Positions 37,820-47,910 of a stretch of DNA of 64,000 nucleotides are shown in pieces. Made by a program: the position numbers and the translations under genes. The notes beneath the pieces are model-generated. The model was given only the letters and a program-made list of their open reading frames with translations. It searched no databases and was not told the DNA's origin. This DNA comes from a virus. Where the stretch lies: positions 54,252 through 118,251 of the IMG/VR virus record IMGVR_UViG_3300032313_000668; one strand, 5' to 3'. Position 1 is the stretch's first letter. Every line of letters begins with the position of its first letter.

Positions 37820-38460
37820 CTAGACCCGTTGTGTCAAACTTGTCAACTAAAAAATCAAACACTTAAACACCTACTTCCTAAAGGGCTGGTTCCCCTGCTT
37901 TACTATACACTATACACTATAACACTAGATTTTAAATATCTTAATTCTCAACCTTTCTTTCAGTACGTGTAAGGAAAAAAATTCCTGAGTGACTGGAAAT
38001 TAAGTTAAGACTTAACATATTAAAGCATAGTTGTATAGTTGCACTAACTCCTTTTTTTCTTGAAAGACATTCAAAAAAGTATAGTATCTCAACCTTCCTG
38101 CAAAATCATCCAAAAAAGATACTAACAATTTTTTCCTACCTTTTATCCTACAGCTTCTCTCTTTTTTGCAGGAAGGTCTCGTCCGATGACGGAACTAGAG
38201 TCGACCTATTTTAAAGTCTCAACCATACTCAACCTAACTCAAGGAAAGGGAGATACTAACTAAAAGTGCAGGAAGATAAATTCAAAACTTAAGTACAGGA
38301 GTCCAGAAGTTATTCGGAAGTCATTTATTTTTTTAGTTTTTCAGTTTTTAGTTTTTTAGTTTTTCAGTCTAGAAAGACCAATCCCCAAAAGTAAACCGAA
38401 GGGTGATAGCTCCAACGCACAGCCCAAACCACAGAAACCAGACCCACTTAGGAAAACTAA
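37820..38460. other. AT-rich non-coding region with short direct repeats (candidate replication origin or control region)
   Basis: 640 bp without an ORF; ACTATAC x3, AGTTTTT x4, CTCAACC x4, AGATACTAAC x2, TGCAGGAAG x3. Confidence 0.45.
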
Positions 38461-38463
38461 CCA

Positions 38464-39123
38464 TTAGACCGTTAGTACCATTTCCTTCATATGCTCAACC
38501 CTCACCAAAGGATGTAGCCAAATAGAAAACCCTGCTTCTTTAGCCCCAACGCACCAAGAGTAGTCCTCACCTAGGTCCACCTTGAAAGGAGCAGTCTCAA
38601 TCGATATCTGCCTTACCCGAAACCAAGGGCGTTCTATCTTTTCAAAAACCCCAGCCTTTACAGCTAAGAAGCCAAAACCAACCCCATCTACCTCAAAGGG
38701 CTCACCCTCTACAATGAAGTTTCGGCTATTAAGGGAGACAGGGTTTCCAGCCTCATTTAGCTTCATAGCCCCAAATCTGCCAGTTCTATCTACGGCAACC
38801 ATTCCAGACACAATGTCTAAATCTGTATCAAGGAGAGTCTGCAAGGCTTCCACAGTCCAACTAACGTCAGAGTCAATCCAGACAATTCGGTCATAAGTAA
38901 ACTTTCCTGCACCAAAGGCAACCGCTTCCCAATCTGCCCCATAGGAGTCCGTCGCAGTATTTTCCCTAGCACTCGGGACAAAAGAAGAGAACTGGTTGAC
39001 AAAGTGGTACGAGACCCCAAGAGAGTTTAGATAAGTTGTACTTATCAAAAGGGACTTGACATACTCCTTATGCATGGAGTGTCCAGGGGTAGCAATCACT
39101 ACGTTGTAATGAGGAACAGTCAT
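38464..39123 (-). CDS. GT-A fold glycosyltransferase
   Basis: IVWIDSDV (DxD), VDGVGFGFL, GEDYSWC. Confidence 0.8.
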   Translation of the reverse strand: MTVPHYNVVIATPGHSMHKEYVKSLLISTTYLNSLGVSYHFVNQFSSFVPSARENTATDSYGADWEAVAFGAGKFTYDRIVWIDSDVSWTVEALQTLLDTDLDIVSGMVAVDRTGRFGAMKLNEAGNPVSLNSRNFIVEGEPFEVDGVGFGFLAVKAGVFEKIERPWFRVRQISIETAPFKVDLGEDYSWCVGAKEAGFSIWLHPLVRVEHMKEMVLTV

Positions 39124-39169
39124 AACCTCACTCTACTGCAAAAACACCCAAATCTGCTATGGTGTCGAA

Positions 39170-39769
39170 ATGACATGGAACCCTGATTATTTAATCGAGT
39201 CAGCAATGCGTGCAGGTGTCAACTTTGAAGTTGAGTCGGATTGGCTCAAGGTTGACCCATACGGCAAAAAGTTTCAACCCGTAGGTGTTGTTTGGCACCA
39301 CACAGGTTGTCCCACTTTTGCCAGAGGCAATATGCCTTCTCTTAACTATTGCAAGAACCCTGGCATCTATGCAGGTCAAGCAAGAGCATGTCACCTTGTC
39401 GTAGGACGTAATGGAAAGATTCAAATCATTGCAGGCAGGGGTGCATACCACGCAGGAACTGGTGGACCTATGACTGTAAACAAGAAGAGAATTCCAGAAG
39501 ACTTAGGAAACTACTATTTAATCGGAATAGAGTTTGAAGCGCACTCATCTACCAAGATTAATAAGCGCAACATCTCAACACCTAAGACTGGCTTAAACCC
39601 CGCACAAATTACCGCCGCCTCCAAGTGGAGCGCAGAACTTTTTGACATGCTCGGTTGGCCTACTGAATCTGCTATCCGTCATTCAGACTGGGCACCAGGA
39701 AGAAAGACTGATGTGGGTATTTCTCTAGAAGTTATTCGTAGTCGTATTGACAGCTTCAGAAAGTCATAG
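39170..39769 (+). CDS. N-acetylmuramoyl-L-alanine amidase (Amidase_2)
   Basis: VVWHHT, AYHAG, IGIEFE, IRH..WAPGRK.D. Confidence 0.85.
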   Translation: MTWNPDYLIESAMRAGVNFEVESDWLKVDPYGKKFQPVGVVWHHTGCPTFARGNMPSLNYCKNPGIYAGQARACHLVVGRNGKIQIIAGRGAYHAGTGGPMTVNKKRIPEDLGNYYLIGIEFEAHSSTKINKRNISTPKTGLNPAQITAASKWSAELFDMLGWPTESAIRHSDWAPGRKTDVGISLEVIRSRIDSFRKS

Positions 39770-39829
39770 TTATCTAAAAGTTATACTCATTGCGCTCCGT
39801 AGTCCTTGCTTTTCTATAAGCTAGAGGCT

Positions 39830-40279
39830 ATGGAGCGTAATGTTTTAGTAGGAGGCTTAGCCCTCTTAACCCATGAAGCAGGGACATGCTTAGGGGAGTT
39901 CTGCACCATCCACAACCCTTCAGACCATCACATGGTTAAGTGGAAACAAGACTGGCTTGAGCAAGAAAAATACATGGTGCGTATATGCGCACATTCTCAG
40001 GCTCACCCAGACCCAGACGAGATTAGCGTCAATATCCCAGAGAATCACGGATGTGATGGTTGCTGTGACACAGCGTCTCAATTTGCGGACGATTTCAAAG
40101 AACTAACCAAACAATACGAAAAGCCAGATTACCTAACCCCCACCTCCATTGGACCGTTCTATTCAGGTAGTTCCATCGAGGTTCCTGCTGAACCAGATGA
40201 TTATTTCTTCGATGATATTCTTACTAAACTAGATGACCTTTCAATTAGAAAAACTGTTGTAAATGACATAAGGAGCTGA
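39830..40279 (+). CDS. Cys/His-rich conserved phage protein
   Basis: C.IHNPSDHHM...RIC.H...HPDPD...HGCDGCC. Confidence 0.7.
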   Translation: MERNVLVGGLALLTHEAGTCLGEFCTIHNPSDHHMVKWKQDWLEQEKYMVRICAHSQAHPDPDEISVNIPENHGCDGCCDTASQFADDFKELTKQYEKPDYLTPTSIGPFYSGSSIEVPAEPDDYFFDDILTKLDDLSIRKTVVNDIRS

Positions 40280-40280
40280 C

Positions 40281-40838
40281 ATGAGCGCAATAGACAGAAT
40301 CAAAGAAACCATCACTGAAGCGTTGATGAACTCCCGCGGCTTTGATGAACTTAGTAAAGAGCAAACCCCACTTGAGTGGAATCCAGAAGTAGAAGATTCT
40401 CAATACTCTCTATTAAAAGAAGACGTCGACTTCGTAGTTGATGAGTTTTTAGAAGAGATTCAAAAAGTAGATGAAGATGAAGATGAAGACGAAGATGAAC
40501 ATACACACGACCACGGACATGGACATGACCACACACATGAACATGAAAACATCTTTGACGAGTATGGCCACATTAAACGTACTCAAACCAACACAACTTC
40601 GGCAGTAGTATTTATTTTTATGGATGCAGGTACAGGGAAACCACGTTACGTCTCAGATGTAAAAGAGTGGCTTGCAAGAGTTGAACGTCTTGGTATTCCA
40701 GATAATACAGAGATTGAAGGAACTCTCCATTTATCTGTTGACATAAATGAACCCTACATAGAAAGAATTGAGTGTGGAGGGTGCGGAACAAAAGACGTTC
40801 TTCTCACCGTTCACTCCTGTGAGGAAACACCTTGTTAG
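40281..40838 (+). CDS. Protein with Asp/Glu tract, His-rich tract and CxxC
   Basis: DEDEDEDEDEHTHDHGHGHDHTHEHE; CGGC...HSC. Confidence 0.75.
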   Translation: MSAIDRIKETITEALMNSRGFDELSKEQTPLEWNPEVEDSQYSLLKEDVDFVVDEFLEEIQKVDEDEDEDEDEHTHDHGHGHDHTHEHENIFDEYGHIKRTQTNTTSAVVFIFMDAGTGKPRYVSDVKEWLARVERLGIPDNTEIEGTLHLSVDINEPYIERIECGGCGTKDVLLTVHSCEETPC

Positions 40839-40858
40839 GTCCGCTCTTCGGTTCCATC

Positions 40859-41203
40859 ATGATGAGGGAGGCGTATCGCAATGGTGACCGCTTCCACATC
40901 TACCTATCAGGTCCCATGACGGGATTACCTGACTACAACCGTCCTGCATTCGACAAAGTAGCAAAAGAACTTCGTGCTCAAGGTAAGTCTGTATTCAACC
41001 CAGCAGACATCGGACCAAAAGAGAACATCATGCCTAGAGCGTGGTACATGCGTAAGGATTTAGAAGGATTGATGAAATCTGACTCTGTTTATGTCCTTCC
41101 AGGTTGGGATACGTCAGAGGGAGCGAAGCTAGAAGTTGCTATTGCTAAAGAGCTTGAGCTTCCAATAATATTCACCACCACCCTCAAGAAAAAGGATGTA
41201 TAA
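40859..41203 (+). CDS. DUF4406 / nucleoside 2-deoxyribosyltransferase-like protein
   Basis: IYLSGPMTGLPDYNRPAF...NPA...LPGW..SEGAKLE. Confidence 0.85.
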   Translation: MMREAYRNGDRFHIYLSGPMTGLPDYNRPAFDKVAKELRAQGKSVFNPADIGPKENIMPRAWYMRKDLEGLMKSDSVYVLPGWDTSEGAKLEVAIAKELELPIIFTTTLKKKDV

Positions 41204-41205
41204 CC

Positions 41206-41439
41206 ATGAGCGAATCGTCAGGACCAACTTGGAGCAGTTTGGAAACAATTCGTAGTGAAGCGGAGTACAACACTCGTCTTAAACTTGCAGACAACATTCA
41301 AGTAGTAGTTGACCGTTCCATTGAGCGTGGACTCAATAATCACTTCATCTCTGGTTTAGAGTTAGCCAAAGGGATTGTGCTTGGTCTCACAGACACCCCT
41401 GCTGAAAGTCCAAGATTGGACACCGCTACTCTTTTCTAG
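41206..41439 (+). CDS. Hypothetical protein
   Basis: AAGGA RBS. Confidence 0.65.
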   Translation: MSESSGPTWSSLETIRSEAEYNTRLKLADNIQVVVDRSIERGLNNHFISGLELAKGIVLGLTDTPAESPRLDTATLF

Positions 41440-41517
41440 AAGAATAGACAAAGACGTAAACTAGTTCTCCCTAAGGGAACCAAATTCTTTACACAACAAC
41501 AACTGTTTGGAGCAGAC

Positions 41518-43560
41518 GTGGCTATTGCATTCTCATTTCGTCTTTCAGAAGACTTCGTTTCAGGTTTCAAAAGCAAGACAGCACCATTCGGTTATCGAGA
41601 TGCAGGTGGCAACTCTGTAGGAGAAATTACTTTTCTTCGTACCTATTCTCGTAAGAAAGAGGATGGAACTAAAGAAACTTGGGCAGAAGTTTGCGAGCGC
41701 GTAACTAACGGTACGTACTCCCTTCAGAAGGACTATGCGAAGCAACAGCGTCTTCCATGGTCTGATGCAAAAGCACAGTCATCTGCTAAAGAGTTCTACG
41801 AGCGTCTATTTGAGTTAAAGTGGACACCTCCAGGTCGTGGACTTTGGGTAATGGGAACTGACATTGTTAACGTCCAGAAGAATTCTGCAGCACTCCAAAA
41901 CTGCGCATTTGTTTCTACTCAAGAAATGACAAAGTTAAATCCAGGAAAGCCTTTTGCTTTTTTGATGGAGGCATCAATGCTTGGCGTTGGCGTTGGCTTT
42001 GACCAACTTGGCGCTGACAAAGACTTCACTATCTATGAGCCACAGGGTGAAGATATCTACCTAATTCCTGACACTCGTGAAGGATGGCAGGAGTCAACCG
42101 TTGCACTTATCAACTCTTTCTTGAAAGAGAACCAGAAGTCAATTGAATTTGATTATGCAGAGATTCGTCCATACGGAGCACCTATTAAGTCATTTGGTGG
42201 AACAGCATCAGGACCAGAGCCACTAGTTCTTCTACACGAAGTTATTCGTAAGATGTTTACAGGACGAGCTGGAGAAAAGCTAACTCGCACAGACATTGCT
42301 GACATTGGTAATTTGATTGGACGTTGTGTAGTATCTGGCAATGTTCGCAGAAGCGCAGAGTTGCTCATCGGTCGCATTGACGACGAAGACTTCCTCAACC
42401 TTAAGAATTCAGAACGTTTCCCTGAAAGAAACTCATACGACCCAGAAAATCCTGGATGGGGATGGATGTCTAACAACTCTGTCGTTGCAGAAGTTGGAAC
42501 TGACTTTGCGCCTATCGTTGACGGAATCGTTCGCAACGGTGAGCCAGGTGTCTTATGGATGGACGTATCTCGTAAGTACGGTCGTCTCGCAGACCCAATT
42601 AACAACAAAGACCACCGCATCATGGGATACAACCCTTGTGCAGAGCAGTCCCTCGAGTCCTATGAAATGTGTACGCTCGTCGAGACATACCTCAACCGTC
42701 ACGAAACAAAAGAAGATTACCTACGCACTCTAAAGTTTGCGTACCTTTACGCTAAGACTGTAACTCTTCTACCAACACATTGGGAAGAGACCAACGCAAT
42801 CATGCAGCGTAACCGTCGCATCGGCACGTCGATGTCTGGCGTTGCTAACTTTGCTGACCGCGTTGGTCTTCCAGTCCTCCGTGAATGGATGGACGAGGGC
42901 TACACTACCGTAAAGAAATATGACGAAGTGTATTCAGAATGGCTCGGTATTCGTGAGTCAATCAAGACCACGACCGTTAAGCCATCAGGCACCGTTTCAA
43001 TTCTTGCAGGTGAATCTCCAGGAGTTCACTGGACTCCAGGTGGTAAGTTCTTTAATCGTGCAATTCGTTTCTCTAATAGCGACCCAATGCTTCCGTTGTT
43101 TACACTTGCGAACTACCGCATTGAACCAGCATCAGAGTCTCCAGATACAACCTCAGTAGTGTTTTTCCCAATCAAGTCATTGGCAGAGCGTGCAGAGCGT
43201 GACGTATCAATCTTCGAGAAGATGTCATTGGCTGCAACTGCACAGCACTACTGGTCAGATAACTCGGTATCAGTAACAATCAGCTTTGACCCTGAGACAG
43301 AAGCTAAGGATGTACCTACAGTTCTTCATATGTTCGATGGACAGTTGAAGACAGTTTCCTTCCTACCCTCAGGAAACTTTACATATCCACAGATGCCTTA
43401 CACACAAATCACCGAGGAAGAGTACGAGAAATACTCAAGCGAACTTTTCCCAATTGACTTTGCTGGGGTCTACGCAGGGCTTGCAGCAGACGCGATTGGT
43501 GAGGCTTACTGCACCACAGACGCTTGCGAAATCAAGCTTGTAACTGAGAACAATAAGTAA
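41518..43560 (+). CDS. nrdJ: Adenosylcobalamin-dependent ribonucleotide reductase, class II (monomeric RTPR type)
   Basis: PPGRGLW, LQNCAF, GNVRRSAE, NPCAEQ, CTLVE, TTVKPSGT, C-terminal CTTDAC. Confidence 0.95.
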   Translation: MAIAFSFRLSEDFVSGFKSKTAPFGYRDAGGNSVGEITFLRTYSRKKEDGTKETWAEVCERVTNGTYSLQKDYAKQQRLPWSDAKAQSSAKEFYERLFELKWTPPGRGLWVMGTDIVNVQKNSAALQNCAFVSTQEMTKLNPGKPFAFLMEASMLGVGVGFDQLGADKDFTIYEPQGEDIYLIPDTREGWQESTVALINSFLKENQKSIEFDYAEIRPYGAPIKSFGGTASGPEPLVLLHEVIRKMFTGRAGEKLTRTDIADIGNLIGRCVVSGNVRRSAELLIGRIDDEDFLNLKNSERFPERNSYDPENPGWGWMSNNSVVAEVGTDFAPIVDGIVRNGEPGVLWMDVSRKYGRLADPINNKDHRIMGYNPCAEQSLESYEMCTLVETYLNRHETKEDYLRTLKFAYLYAKTVTLLPTHWEETNAIMQRNRRIGTSMSGVANFADRVGLPVLREWMDEGYTTVKKYDEVYSEWLGIRESIKTTTVKPSGTVSILAGESPGVHWTPGGKFFNRAIRFSNSDPMLPLFTLANYRIEPASESPDTTSVVFFPIKSLAERAERDVSIFEKMSLAATAQHYWSDNSVSVTISFDPETEAKDVPTVLHMFDGQLKTVSFLPSGNFTYPQMPYTQITEEEYEKYSSELFPIDFAGVYAGLAADAIGEAYCTTDACEIKLVTENNK

Positions 43561-43604
43561 TAGAATAAAAGAGTTCGCCCCCTAATCTTAGGGACAGACG
43601 ACGG

Positions 43605-43638
43605 AAAAGCCCCTCTTTACGGAGGGGTTTTTCTTTTG
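43605..43638 (+). terminator. Intrinsic terminator
   Basis: CCCCTC stem paired with GAGGGG, followed by a T tract. Confidence 0.8.
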
Positions 43639-43843
43639 GTACGCTTCCACCATGACACTTTTGACAACAGACATACTGGCAATCATTATTGCCCTCATTG
43701 CATCATCGGGGCTCATGCTGTGGACCCTTCGAATTAATTGGCTTTTAAGGAAAGAAAATCTTGACTTAAGGCAAGCACTCCTTCGATACACTAAGGGCCG
43801 CTCAAACAAGAGCGACTAGTCGATTCGAATAGAGGTAACCAAA

Positions 43844-44668
43844 GTGCCTGAAGCTAAAGGTACGGCAGCTCGAATTATTGAAGTTGCTAAAGCAGAAGTC
43901 GGAACTATTGAAGGACCGAAAGACAACGAAACAAAGTATGGCAAGTGGACTGGAATGAACTTCCAACCTTGGTGTCAATCATTTGTTTCTTGGTGTGGAT
44001 TCACATCAGGACTAGACCCAAAAAAGTATCCAAAATCAGCAGCAACAATTGCAGCTTCCGACTGGTTTAAGAAGAACAACCGTTGGGCAGATGCTCGCAA
44101 TGATGACCCAACTCCTGGCGATTGGATTTATTTTGACTTCCCAGATGATGGTGTCAATCGAATCTCTCACGTTGGTATCTGTATCAAGAACAACGGTAAT
44201 GGAACTATCCAAGTTATTGAAGGCAACACTTCAGGAACTGCAAAGGGAGACCAGCGCAATGGCGGAATGTGCGTAGAGAAAACTCGCGCATATGTTAAGG
44301 ACAACAAGCTAAAGCTTCTAAATGCTGTAGTTGGTTGGGGTCGTCCAGTTTATGTTGGTGAAGAGAATCTCCCATTACTTTCAAAGGTTGGCTCATCTGA
44401 TGCACCTGTTGCAAAAGCTCCAACTGCAAAAAAGCCAGTGCCTGTTGCGCAACACGCAACACCTGCAGCCTTTACACCATTTAAAAAAGGTGCAAAAGGT
44501 CCTAAGGTTAAAAAGGTACAGACTGCACTAAAACTTAAGGCAGACGGAATTTTTGGTGATGCCACAGAGAAAGCAGTAATTGCCTTTCAAAAAGCAAACA
44601 ACCTTGAATCTAACGGAACTGTCGGTCCAAAGACTTGGGCTGCTATTGTTAAGTTAGGAGGTAAATAA
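43844..44668 (+). CDS. CHAP-domain endolysin with C-terminal PG-binding domain
   Basis: QPWCQSFVSW, SHVGI, IEGNT; DGIFG..T..AV..FQ...GTVGPKTW. Confidence 0.9.
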   Translation: MPEAKGTAARIIEVAKAEVGTIEGPKDNETKYGKWTGMNFQPWCQSFVSWCGFTSGLDPKKYPKSAATIAASDWFKKNNRWADARNDDPTPGDWIYFDFPDDGVNRISHVGICIKNNGNGTIQVIEGNTSGTAKGDQRNGGMCVEKTRAYVKDNKLKLLNAVVGWGRPVYVGEENLPLLSKVGSSDAPVAKAPTAKKPVPVAQHATPAAFTPFKKGAKGPKVKKVQTALKLKADGIFGDATEKAVIAFQKANNLESNGTVGPKTWAAIVKLGGK

Positions 44669-44856
44669 TGAAAAACGCATTGAAGCGACTAGGGCTATTC
44701 CTAGGATTAACTGAAGGCTACAAAGCTAATGCTATTGACCGCGACGGCGACGGGATTGTTCAAGAAGGAACAAAAAGCGAGCGTCCAGTTGCAAAGAAAA
44801 AAGCACCAGCTAAAAAGCCAGCTGCAAAGAAACCAGCAGCACCAAAGAAAAAGTAA
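44668..44856 (+). CDS. Small protein with DxDxDG motif and PAKK histone-like tail
   Basis: DRDGDGIVQEGT; KKKAPAKKPAAKKPAAPKKK. Confidence 0.7.
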   Translation: MKNALKRLGLFLGLTEGYKANAIDRDGDGIVQEGTKSERPVAKKKAPAKKPAAKKPAAPKKK

Positions 44857-44877
44857 AGTAGACGTAGAGAGGCTGAC

Positions 44878-45387
44878 ATGAGGTTTAGGGATTTCGGGGA
44901 GACCAAGCAAACCGTTAAACTTTCCGACGACCTCGTGTCAGTTTCTACTAGTTCTTTTCAAGATTCAGCACACATCAACTATTTGATGGCAGTAAATAAA
45001 ACGCACTTAGAACCCTGGAAAACGACGGAATCACCAACAGAGTCTCCAGAGAACTACTTCTTTACTGTGAAATACAAACACGTGACAGTCGGGCAAGTAG
45101 TTCTCTGGCGTTTCAAAGATAATCCAAAGTCATGCTCTATTAGCTATTGGATTGGTTTGGAGTTCTGCGGTCGAGGATTGGCCACTGCTGCTGTTAACTT
45201 AGTAACAACTTACGCATTTGAAAAGCTGGCTGTAACCTCCATAGAAGCCATGATTCATGAGGATAACCTCTCCAGTATTCGGGTTGCTGAGAAGGCGAAA
45301 TTTACAAAATCAAAAACACTTAATAATTTAACTGTTACCAGTCAGCTGGCTACAGGACAGGTCTTGTACACACTTATACAAAAATAG
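44878..45387 (+). CDS. GNAT acetyltransferase, RimJ/RimL type
   Basis: N..HLEPW, ISYWIG...GRGLAT.A, N..S.RVAEK..F. Confidence 0.8.
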   Translation: MRFRDFGETKQTVKLSDDLVSVSTSSFQDSAHINYLMAVNKTHLEPWKTTESPTESPENYFFTVKYKHVTVGQVVLWRFKDNPKSCSISYWIGLEFCGRGLATAAVNLVTTYAFEKLAVTSIEAMIHEDNLSSIRVAEKAKFTKSKTLNNLTVTSQLATGQVLYTLIQK

Positions 45388-45464
45388 ACCAACTCCTTAA
45401 TTGTTACCGTTATTTGGTAGTAACACACATTCCAAATAATTACGGAAAACTAAGGAGACACATA

Positions 45465-46136
45465 ATGTCAACATGGATAAGGCCAGTAGATGGCGGTTCA
45501 ATTACTCACGACTTCACAAAGCACAAGACTCGTACGCCAGCATCAAAGAACCCTGGAACTGATTACGCTGTCGCAACTGGTACACCCATCAAGGCAGTTG
45601 CTGATGGAACCATCACTGGAATTGTAACAACCTTTACTGGCTCTGGTGGTCGAATGATTTTCCAGAGCTTCCCATCAGGCCACAACGCAGACTACCTACA
45701 CCTATCACGCATTGATGTTGTTGCTGGTCAGCAAGTCAAACAGGGTCAGGTCATCGGACTGGTTGGTGGCTCAGGCTTAGGTAAAGAAAACGGCTACGGC
45801 GCACACCTTCACTTCTCATTCCGAGTTGGTGGCAAACCAACAATGGGCGCAGGCAACATTGATTACGAAGTTTTCCGTGGAGCACCTACAAGTGCTGCAC
45901 CTGCAGCTCCAAGTGTTGCACCTGCTAAAGCTGGAACAAGAGCGTATCCAGGAAGAATGCTTAAAAAAGGAGAACCTGCTAACGCAGATGTTCTTTACCT
46001 ACAAAATAAACTAGGCGTAAACCCTACTGGTCCATTTGGTCCAAAGACTCACGCTGCTGTTGTTTCTTTCCAGGCGTCAAAAGGTTTGACCGCAGATGGA
46101 ATTGTTGGCCCTAAAACTTGGGCAGCATTAGGTTAA
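45465..46136 (+). CDS. M23 peptidase with PG-binding domain
   Basis: NPGTDY, YLHLS, GAHLHF; ADGIVGPKTW; AAGGAG RBS. Confidence 0.85.
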   Translation: MSTWIRPVDGGSITHDFTKHKTRTPASKNPGTDYAVATGTPIKAVADGTITGIVTTFTGSGGRMIFQSFPSGHNADYLHLSRIDVVAGQQVKQGQVIGLVGGSGLGKENGYGAHLHFSFRVGGKPTMGAGNIDYEVFRGAPTSAAPAAPSVAPAKAGTRAYPGRMLKKGEPANADVLYLQNKLGVNPTGPFGPKTHAAVVSFQASKGLTADGIVGPKTWAALG

Positions 46137-46152
46137 TAAAGAAAGGTTTTTA

Positions 46153-47136
46153 ATGAGTTGGTACCCAAACGTTTCAGGAGTACAAGATAATGGATTTGGA
46201 GGCAGTCGTAACGGACAGCCAATAAACGGAGTGGTTATCCACCACGTTGCAGGTACCAATGGATTATCTTATGTAGCTAATGCTAATACTAGAAACTCCC
46301 ACCCTACATATCACATTGCCAGAAGTGGGGCTGTTACTGGAATTGTAAATCCTAGTCGCAGACCTCACTCAACTGGTGGTGCTCCAGACCCAAACGCTGT
46401 TTCTTTCGAAGTAGATAATTCATCTACTGGAGGAGATTGGCCTATCTCTTCTGAGTCTTTAAATTCTTTGATTGATGTGATTGTTTATCACGCAAGTCAG
46501 TCTCCTAGAGCAGGTAGAGGTTTTGCTAAGAATCAACCATCTGTAGCTCAATCTGAGTTCTTTATTGCATGGCACTCACAGTACAAAGCAACTGCTTGTC
46601 CTGGACCATTCATAATGTCTCAACTTGACTACATAGTTGATGAGTGCAACAAAAGAGCTTCAGGTGTTTCACCTTCCGCTCCAGCACCAGCACCAGTTAG
46701 CAATTCAGGAAAGCCTGCTTTGTCTAGCCCGCTGAAAATAGGCTCGACAGGGGAAGTAGTTAAGTACATTCAGTCTGTTCTAGGAATCACAGCAGACGGT
46801 CAGTTTGGACCCATTACTGACAGAGCAGTGAGAGCATTCCAGTCAGCAAACGGTCTACAAGTAGATGGGGTAGTTGGACCAATTACTTATGGCAGATTAA
46901 GTGCTCCTACCCCCACCCCAACCCCAACCCCAGTGTCAACAAAGCCAAGATTATCTAGCTCGCTAAAGAGGGGCTCAACTGGAGCAAACGTTAGGTATCT
47001 ACAATCTGCTCTTGGAATTAAATCCGATGGTCAGTTTGGGCCTATTACCGACAAAGCAGTTAGAGCTTTTCAAAAAGAACAAGGTCTAAAAGTAGATGGG
47101 ATTGTTGGTCCGCTTACCTGGGGAAGAATTGCATAA
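46153..47136 (+). CDS. Amidase_2 endolysin with two PG-binding domains
   Basis: VVIHHVAG, WH...ATACPG; two DGQFGPITD.AVRAFQ...DG.VGP.T repeats. Confidence 0.9.
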   Translation: MSWYPNVSGVQDNGFGGSRNGQPINGVVIHHVAGTNGLSYVANANTRNSHPTYHIARSGAVTGIVNPSRRPHSTGGAPDPNAVSFEVDNSSTGGDWPISSESLNSLIDVIVYHASQSPRAGRGFAKNQPSVAQSEFFIAWHSQYKATACPGPFIMSQLDYIVDECNKRASGVSPSAPAPAPVSNSGKPALSSPLKIGSTGEVVKYIQSVLGITADGQFGPITDRAVRAFQSANGLQVDGVVGPITYGRLSAPTPTPTPTPVSTKPRLSSSLKRGSTGANVRYLQSALGIKSDGQFGPITDKAVRAFQKEQGLKVDGIVGPLTWGRIA

Positions 47137-47176
47137 CGCAATAAACAAAAAGTAAAAGACAAGGAAAATAAAAACA

Positions 47177-47824
47177 ATGGCAAAATCGCAGTACCCTATT
47201 GATGGAAAAAAGGGTAAGGCTTGGAAAATTACAAGTCCGTTTGGATGGCGTATACATCCCATAGAAAAAACTAAAAAGCATCATAATGGCGATGACATTT
47301 GGGGTAGCAACCCAAAGATTTACATCGAAGCATGGCACGATGGAACGGTGGTATATGCAGGTCCCTCAAAGTTAAAAAACTCTGATGGCTCTCTAGGTGG
47401 CATCGGATACTACGTGGATATTCGTTCAAAGATTAATGGCAAGTGGTATGTCGCTCGCTCTGGTCACATGGCTGAAGGCTCACTAAAAGTTAAGACTGGT
47501 CAAAAGGTTGAGGCTGGAACGATTCTTGGAATCATGGGAAACACTGGCGCATCTGCTGGTCGTCACCTTCACTTTGAAATTGTTGAAGGTAAGACCCACC
47601 GCTGGGACCTAAACGGTAAGGGTTTTGTTAGCCCAATTAAATTTGTTGAGACCGTTATGGAGTGGGAAAAGATGAAGGCATCTGCTCAGGAAATAACTCC
47701 TGAAGATGTAGTTTCTACTGCTGCTCCAAGTCTTGACGTTGACAAGCTCAAAGCAAAGCCTAAACCAAGCAAAAAAGAAAAGCTTGTAAACCCAGTACCA
47801 GGCTTTGCAAAAAAGACTAAATAG
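47177..47824 (+). CDS. M23 peptidase
   Basis: SPFGWRIHPI..HNGDD, GHM, GNTGASAGRHLHFE. Confidence 0.9.
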   Translation: MAKSQYPIDGKKGKAWKITSPFGWRIHPIEKTKKHHNGDDIWGSNPKIYIEAWHDGTVVYAGPSKLKNSDGSLGGIGYYVDIRSKINGKWYVARSGHMAEGSLKVKTGQKVEAGTILGIMGNTGASAGRHLHFEIVEGKTHRWDLNGKGFVSPIKFVETVMEWEKMKASAQEITPEDVVSTAAPSLDVDKLKAKPKPSKKEKLVNPVPGFAKKTK

Positions 47825-47847
47825 GCTATACTTTTAAATAGTTCGAA

Positions 47848-47886
47848 AATAACCCCCGCCTTTACCTCCATAAAGGTGGGGGTTTT
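47848..47886 (+). terminator. Intrinsic terminator
   Basis: AACCCCCGCCTTTA...TAAAGGTGGGGGTTTT. Confidence 0.8.
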
Positions 47887-47910
47887 CGCTTCTCATAGTA
47901 GAATATTTTG

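Noticed and set aside
46906-46932. ACCCCA tandem repeat
   Set aside because: It encodes an ordinary Pro-Thr linker between PG-binding domains.
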